Source of the DNA: Candidatus Methylomirabilota bacterium
Lineage (GTDB): Bacteria > Methylomirabilota > Methylomirabilia > Rokubacteriales > CSP1-6
NCBI GenBank assembly: GCA_036001065.1
Contig: DASYUQ010000092.1
Coordinates: 434 to 64,433 of the forward strand
Reading direction: 5' to 3'
Length of the DNA: 64,000 nucleotides
A program made the position numbers and the translations under genes. Position 1 is the stretch's first letter. Every line of letters begins with the position of its first letter. A model generated the notes under the pieces. That model saw only the letters and a program-made list of their open reading frames with translations, made no database searches and was not told where the DNA came from. This document shows, piece after piece, positions 59,921 through 64,000 of the stretch.

Positions 59921-60117
59921 TCTCGGCAAGGGCGCCACGCGGGCCCAGTCCCACTGACCTCGAACCGGATGCCGACTCCCGGCCCCAGGCTCGACCACGT
60001 CAGCCGCCGGCGGTATTGTCGGCGGGGACGCTTGAGGAGCGCTGTTGACGCTCCGATCGATTTGCCCTCAATCCTACCGCAGCCCGCGGGCGAGCCAAAG
60101 AAAAAGTCGGGCGCGCC

Positions 60118-60432
60118 TCACTTGATGATGATGCGGTCGCGGTTGCGTTCCCAGAGCGCGGCACCGATGCCCTCGACCTTCCGCAACTCCTCCGGCTTCT
60201 TGAACGGGCCGTGGGCTTGCCGGTACTCGACGATCTTCTCGGCGACCTTGCGCCCGACGCCGCTGAGCGTCATCAGGTCCTTGACGTCGGCGGTGTTGAC
60301 GTTCACCTTGTCGCCGACGGGGACAGAGGCGCTCGCTGCGCGGGGTCCGGAGTGCTGCGCCCCCAGCGCCGGGAACGGGGTGAGGAGAACAGCGATCATC
60401 AGCGCCACGAACAGCCTGTATCCGTGCATCAT
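60118..60432 (-). CDS. ComEA-like helix-hairpin-helix DNA-binding protein
   Basis: The signal/TM segment is MMHGYRLFVALMIAVLL, followed by VNVNTADVKDLMTLSGVGRKVAEKIVEYRQAHGPFKKPEELRKVEGIG. The RBS is GGAGGAGtccacATG. Confidence 0.85.
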   Translation of the reverse strand: MMHGYRLFVALMIAVLLTPFPALGAQHSGPRAASASVPVGDKVNVNTADVKDLMTLSGVGRKVAEKIVEYRQAHGPFKKPEELRKVEGIGAALWERNRDRIIIK

Positions 60433-60539
60433 GTGGACTCCTCCGCGTGTTGAGTGAACGACGCCATGCTCGCGAGCGACGCCATTCAAACGGCGCGCGA
60501 ACGGTCCGTCAACGTGCAATGTTCGATACGGAGAGAGCG

Positions 60540-60845
60540 TCAGTCTTCCGAGACGTGCTCGAGCGACTTCATGTACTCGGCCCACTCGACGGGGAGCAGC
60601 GCCTTCTTTCGGGTGTTGCAGTCCTTGCAGGCGGGGACGACGTTGCCACGTGCGCTGCGCCCGCCCCGGCCGAGCGGCACCAGGTGATCCATGGTCAGCG
60701 CGCGCGGGCCGACCTGGCGGCGGCAGTAGTAGCAGATACCCGTGGCGAGGCGGCGCTTCCACCACTGGCTCTGGCGCAGCTCGCGCGCCCGCGCGCGCTC
60801 GCGCTTGAGCTCGTCAGGATCGGTGGGCGCGTAGAACTCACTCAT
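60540..60845 (-). CDS. HNH endonuclease-family protein
   Basis: CYYCRRQ...LTMDHLVPLGRGGRSARGNVVPACKDCNTRK. Confidence 0.85.
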   Translation of the reverse strand: MSEFYAPTDPDELKRERARARELRQSQWWKRRLATGICYYCRRQVGPRALTMDHLVPLGRGGRSARGNVVPACKDCNTRKKALLPVEWAEYMKSLEHVSED

Positions 60846-62841
60846 GCGCCGCCAGCTCCGTGGAGAGCGCCTCCCACTCGCGCATGAGCCACGCCACCTG
60901 CTCCTCGGCGCTCTTCCGCTCGAGGGCGACGGCGCGCACGCGCTCGCCGTCGGCGTAGAGGTTCGGGTCGCCGAGCGTGTCGCCGAGCTGGCGCAGCCGT
61001 TCCTCCAGCGCGTGGATCTGCCTTTCGACCTCTTCCAGCCGCCTCCGCAGCTCCCGCACCTCTGGGTCGACGCGCCGCCGATGCTTCGTCCTATCGCGGG
61101 CGTCGCCGTCGTCGACCGCCGAGGACTCCGTCGCCGCCTCGGCGTTGAGATGCCCGCGGCGCCGAGGGCGCGGAGGGGCGGGGGGCCCTCCGGACGAGTT
61201 GCCTTTCGAAGGCCGGAGGGCCCCCCGCCCCTCCGCGGCCTCGGTAGTCATGCGCGCCTTGGCCGCGAGGTAGTCGTCGTAGTCCCCGAGGTACGTCGTA
61301 AGCGCCCCGCCGGCGATCTCGACGATCTTGGTCGCCATCCGGTTGATGAAATAGCGATCGTGCGAGATGAAGACGATCGTGCCGCTGAAGCCCGCCAGCG
61401 CGTCCTCCAGCACCTCGCGGGAGGCCAGGTCCAGGTGGTTGGTGGGCTCGTCCAGGCACAGGAGCGCCGTCGGGCGGACGAGCATCTTCGCCAGCGCCAG
61501 CCGGGCCTTCTCGCCGCCGGACAGCACGCTCACCTTCTTGTCCACCGCGTCGCCCGAGAAGAGAAATGCGCCCAGGAGCGCGCGGAGGCGCATGTGCGCG
61601 GCCTCCGGCGCCACCGCCTCCAGCTCCTCCAGCACGGTGCGCTCGGGACTCAGCGCGTCGACTTGATGCTGGGCATAATAATGAACGGCCACGTGCGCGC
61701 CCAGCGTCCGCTCGCCCCGCTCGAACGGCAGCACACCGGCCAGGATGCGGAGCAGGGTCGACTTGCCGGCGCCGTTGACGCCCACCAGCGCCACCCGGTC
61801 GCCGCGCTCGATGTCGAAGTCGATCCCGGCGTACACGACGTTGTCGCCGTAGGCCTTGTGGATCCCGCAGAGCGTGGCCACCCGGCGCCCCGTGCGGGGC
61901 GGCTCGGGGAAGACCACGCGGATCCGGCGCGTCCGATCCTCGATCTCGATCCGCTCCAGGCGCGCGAGCATCTTGACCCGGCTCTGCACCTGGCGCGCCC
62001 GGGTCGCCTGGTAGCGGAAGCGCTCGATGAAGCGCTCAATCTCCGCCACGCGCTTGGCCTGGTTCCGAGCCTGGGCCTCCCGGAGCTCGCGCCGCGCCTG
62101 GCGCTCGACGACAAAGGCGTCGTAGTTGCCCGGGTAGACCGTGAGGCCCGCGGGGCCGAGGTCGGCGATGGAGGAGACCATGCGGTTGAGGAAGTAGCGA
62201 TCGTGGGCGACGACGACGACGGTGCCGTCGTACCCGGCCAGGAAGTTCTCGAGCCAGGCGAGGGATTCCAGATCCAGATGGTTCGTGGGCTCGTCCAGGA
62301 GCAGCAGGGCGGGCCGCAGGAGCAGCAGCCGCGCCAGCGCCGCCCGCATGCGCCAGCCGCCGGAGAGCTCGGCGAGGGGACGGTGGAGATCCGCCGCGCC
62401 GAACCCGAGGCCGCTCAGGATGGTGCGGGCTTCGCTCTCCAGGCGGTAGCCGCCCAGGGCGTCGAACCGGTGCTGGAGGTCCCCATAGCGCGCGGTCAGC
62501 GCCTGGCGGGGCGACGCCTCCAGCGCGGCCGCGACCTCCTCCATCTCGCGCTCGAGCCGCCAGACGTCCTCGAAGCCGCTCAGCGCCTCGCCGAGGACCG
62601 ACCCCAGGCCGCTCGCCGCGACCTCCTGGGGCAGGTAGCCGACCGCGGCCCCCCGCGCGCGGATCACGCGACCGCTGTCGGGCTCCTCGAGCCCGGCGAG
62701 AATCCGACAGAGCGTCGTCTTGCCGGCGCCGTTGGGGCCGACCAGCCCGATCCGCTCCCCGCCGGTGATGCGCCAGGACAGATCTCGGAAGAGCGTCTGT
62801 CCGCCGTAGGCCTTCGAGACGGAATCGAGCTGGACGAGCAC
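60838..62841 (-). CDS. ABC-F family ATPase (two ABC domains, linker, C-terminal coiled coil)
   Basis: Two Walker A motifs (GPNGAGKTT, GVNGAGKST), two LSGG signatures, and the ABC-F inter-domain linker (RFRYQATRARQVQSR). Confidence 0.92.
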   Translation of the reverse strand: MLVQLDSVSKAYGGQTLFRDLSWRITGGERIGLVGPNGAGKTTLCRILAGLEEPDSGRVIRARGAAVGYLPQEVAASGLGSVLGEALSGFEDVWRLEREMEEVAAALEASPRQALTARYGDLQHRFDALGGYRLESEARTILSGLGFGAADLHRPLAELSGGWRMRAALARLLLLRPALLLLDEPTNHLDLESLAWLENFLAGYDGTVVVVAHDRYFLNRMVSSIADLGPAGLTVYPGNYDAFVVERQARRELREAQARNQAKRVAEIERFIERFRYQATRARQVQSRVKMLARLERIEIEDRTRRIRVVFPEPPRTGRRVATLCGIHKAYGDNVVYAGIDFDIERGDRVALVGVNGAGKSTLLRILAGVLPFERGERTLGAHVAVHYYAQHQVDALSPERTVLEELEAVAPEAAHMRLRALLGAFLFSGDAVDKKVSVLSGGEKARLALAKMLVRPTALLCLDEPTNHLDLASREVLEDALAGFSGTIVFISHDRYFINRMATKIVEIAGGALTTYLGDYDDYLAAKARMTTEAAEGRGALRPSKGNSSGGPPAPPRPRRRGHLNAEAATESSAVDDGDARDRTKHRRRVDPEVRELRRRLEEVERQIHALEERLRQLGDTLGDPNLYADGERVRAVALERKSAEEQVAWLMREWEALSTELAAHE

Positions 62842-62851
62842 CCGCGCGCTC

Positions 62852-63253
62852 TCAGCCCATGCCCTGCACCCGCTCGGGCAGGATCTTCACCATCACCCGG
62901 GCCTCGCCGGGTTGGCGGTATGGATACTTGTCCTGCCCCAGGTACTTCTTGGCCAGGGTGTCGATGTGCGTATCGGCCCCCCGCTCGGTCATCTCCGCGA
63001 CGCGCCCGCGAATCTGCACGTAACGGTAGGGATTGTCCGGGTCCTGGATCGCCAGCGCCACCCGGGGATTGCGCTGGAGGTTGCGGTCCTTCACGCGCCC
63101 GCGGGCGGTGTTGAAGCGGATGTGGGTGCCGTCGAAGTCGACCCAGACGGGGGTGACCTGGGGTGTGCCGTCCCGCCCGACCGTGGCGAGATGCGCAAAC
63201 GCCTTCTTGTCCAGGATGTCGCGATAGCGCGCGAGATCTCCGTTGCCACTCAT
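62852..63253 (-). CDS. PPOX-class (pyridoxamine 5'-phosphate oxidase-like, probable F420/FMN-binding) protein
   Basis: AFAHLATVGRDGTPQVTPVWVDFDGTHIRFNTARGRVKDRNLQRNPRVALAI.DP.NPYRYVQIRG. The ATG overlaps the upstream TGA (ATGA). Confidence 0.8.
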   Translation of the reverse strand: MSGNGDLARYRDILDKKAFAHLATVGRDGTPQVTPVWVDFDGTHIRFNTARGRVKDRNLQRNPRVALAIQDPDNPYRYVQIRGRVAEMTERGADTHIDTLAKKYLGQDKYPYRQPGEARVMVKILPERVQGMG

Positions 63254-63594
63254 GTCCTGCCTCCCTTGAGCTGCTCCAGGACGGAGAACGCGTGGCGGAC
63301 GGACTTGGCCGCCAGCGTGCCGCCCATGAGGAGCCCGATGTCCAGCGTCTCGGCGATCTCCGCGTCGGTGGCGCCCTGGTCGAGGACCTCCTCGACCCGA
63401 TGATCGATTCAGTCGAAGCAGTTCTGCGAGACCGCCACCGCCAGGGCCGTCAGCTCCTTGTGCTTCCGGCTGAGCGCCCCGTCGGCGAAGACCTTCTGGC
63501 CCAGCTCGCCGAACGCCGGATAGACCTTCATCGGCGATTTCAGCATCAGGGCGTTGAGCCGCCGCTTCTCCGACTTGCGTTCGTGGATGTGCAT
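63250..63594 (-). CDS. AhpD/carboxymuconolactone-decarboxylase-family protein with an in-frame UGA read as selenocysteine (CxxU)
   Basis: The track ORF stops at TGA 63409-63411 (..ALAVAVSQNCFD*). The same frame continues IDHRVEEVLDQGATDAEIAETLDIGLLMGGTLAAKSVRHAFSVLEQLKGGRT*. The TGA aligns with the second Cys of the family CxxC(I)xH motif. A SECIS-like hairpin lies 11 nt downstream. The real stop at 63250-63252 overlaps the next gene's ATG. Confidence 0.7.
63378..63397 (-). promoter_or_regulatory. Bacterial SECIS-like stem-loop
   Basis: The mRNA sense is GGUCGAGG-AGGU-CCUCGACC: a perfect 8-bp stem with GGU in the apical loop, starting 11 nt 3' of the UGA. Confidence 0.6.
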
Positions 63595-63606
63595 GCTGCC
63601 TCTCCT

Positions 63607-63987
63607 TCAGCCGGCGCTCGTGGTCAACTCGATGGCCCGCGCCTCGGCCAGCGAGCGCAGCGCCAGGAGCACCCGGACGACGCACTGCTGGACGAGCAGC
63701 GCGTCCTGCGCGAACGGATCCGCCAGCCACTCGCGCGCCCAGTCGCCGCCCTTCTCGTTGGCGAAGCCGAGCGTCGGCGAGAGCTTCTGGAGCCGCAGCA
63801 GGAGGTCGTCCGGCGGCAAGCCGGAGGCGCGTAGTCGAACGACCACGGCCGCCCGGACCGAGGCGTTCCAGATGCCGGTCAGCCCCTCCAGCAACGCCTG
63901 GTAACAGGTGAGGTCCGGCTTGCCCTGGAACTCGTTGAGGACCGTCGGGACCAGGGCGTTGACGACGGCGTCGCCCTCCTCGTCCAC
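63607..63987 (-). CDS. Hypothetical protein; the 5' end may lie beyond the window edge
   Basis: 126-aa ORF with a GTG start called at 63987. The frame stays open to position 64000. It is the first gene of a same-strand string with the AhpD-like and PPOX genes. Confidence 0.5.
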   Translation of the reverse strand: MDEEGDAVVNALVPTVLNEFQGKPDLTCYQALLEGLTGIWNASVRAAVVVRLRASGLPPDDLLLRLQKLSPTLGFANEKGGDWAREWLADPFAQDALLVQQCVVRVLLALRSLAEARAIELTTSAG

Positions 63988-64000
63988 GCCGAACAGCGGC

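Noticed and set aside
60844-63114. 756-aa ORF on the plus strand
   Set aside because: It is antisense to the ABC-F ATPase and PPOX genes, so it is a shadow ORF.

Overview
This is a GC-rich bacterial chromosomal segment (about two-thirds G+C by eye). Many adjacent genes are linked by 1-4 nt start/stop overlaps (ATGA/GTGA). All function calls rest on by-eye motif recognition; no searches were run, and lineage cannot be assigned from the sequence alone.

Positions 1 to about 15.7 kb are a mosaic, partly decayed mobile/defence island. It ends at tRNA-Phe(GAA) (15727-15802, minus), next to a tyrosine integrase and an Xis-like gene. Its cargo:
- A tightly coupled SF1 helicase / DarT-like (DUF4433) ADP-ribosyltransferase / ADP-ribosylglycohydrolase operon (7624-11484). 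This is the best candidate for an undescribed system: a DarTG-like module whose hydrolase is an ARH-fold enzyme instead of a macrodomain or NADAR, with a helicase attached.
- An AT-richer three-gene cassette (759-3075) encoding a SEC-C-motif UBC/E2-like protein, an Rx4H (HEPN-like) protein and an unknown protein.
- An operon of an unknown protein, TcmP and DUF5131 (Gp37/Gp68) (4171-6933).
- Gene wrecks: two AbiEii fragments, an IS transposase stub, a class III cyclase stub, and a second integrase stub beside a tRNA-like stub.

The remaining ~48 kb is core genome:
- PCu(A)C, an aminotransferase and a DUF4392 protein.
- A large alpha-glucan/trehalose supercluster: treZ, GH57 x2, glgC, treY, DUF5752, a TreT-like GT4, a second GT, glgE, treS, pep2. 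It is interrupted by a vapBC/integrase scar.
- ggt, an AIR-synthase-like gene, a formimidoyltransferase and a PIMT-like methyltransferase.
- A csoR-copA-YHS-DUF2889 copper operon with a recognisable CsoR operator.
- A MetE-like gene, rng, rodA-mrdA-mreDCB, two csp genes with hairpin/U-tract leaders, comEA-like, HNH and ABC-F genes.
- An AhpD/CMD-family gene whose in-frame TGA sits in a CxxU motif with a downstream SECIS-like hairpin, so it is a probable selenoprotein.

Several long inverted or tandem repeats and a 16S-3'-end look-alike are also noted.
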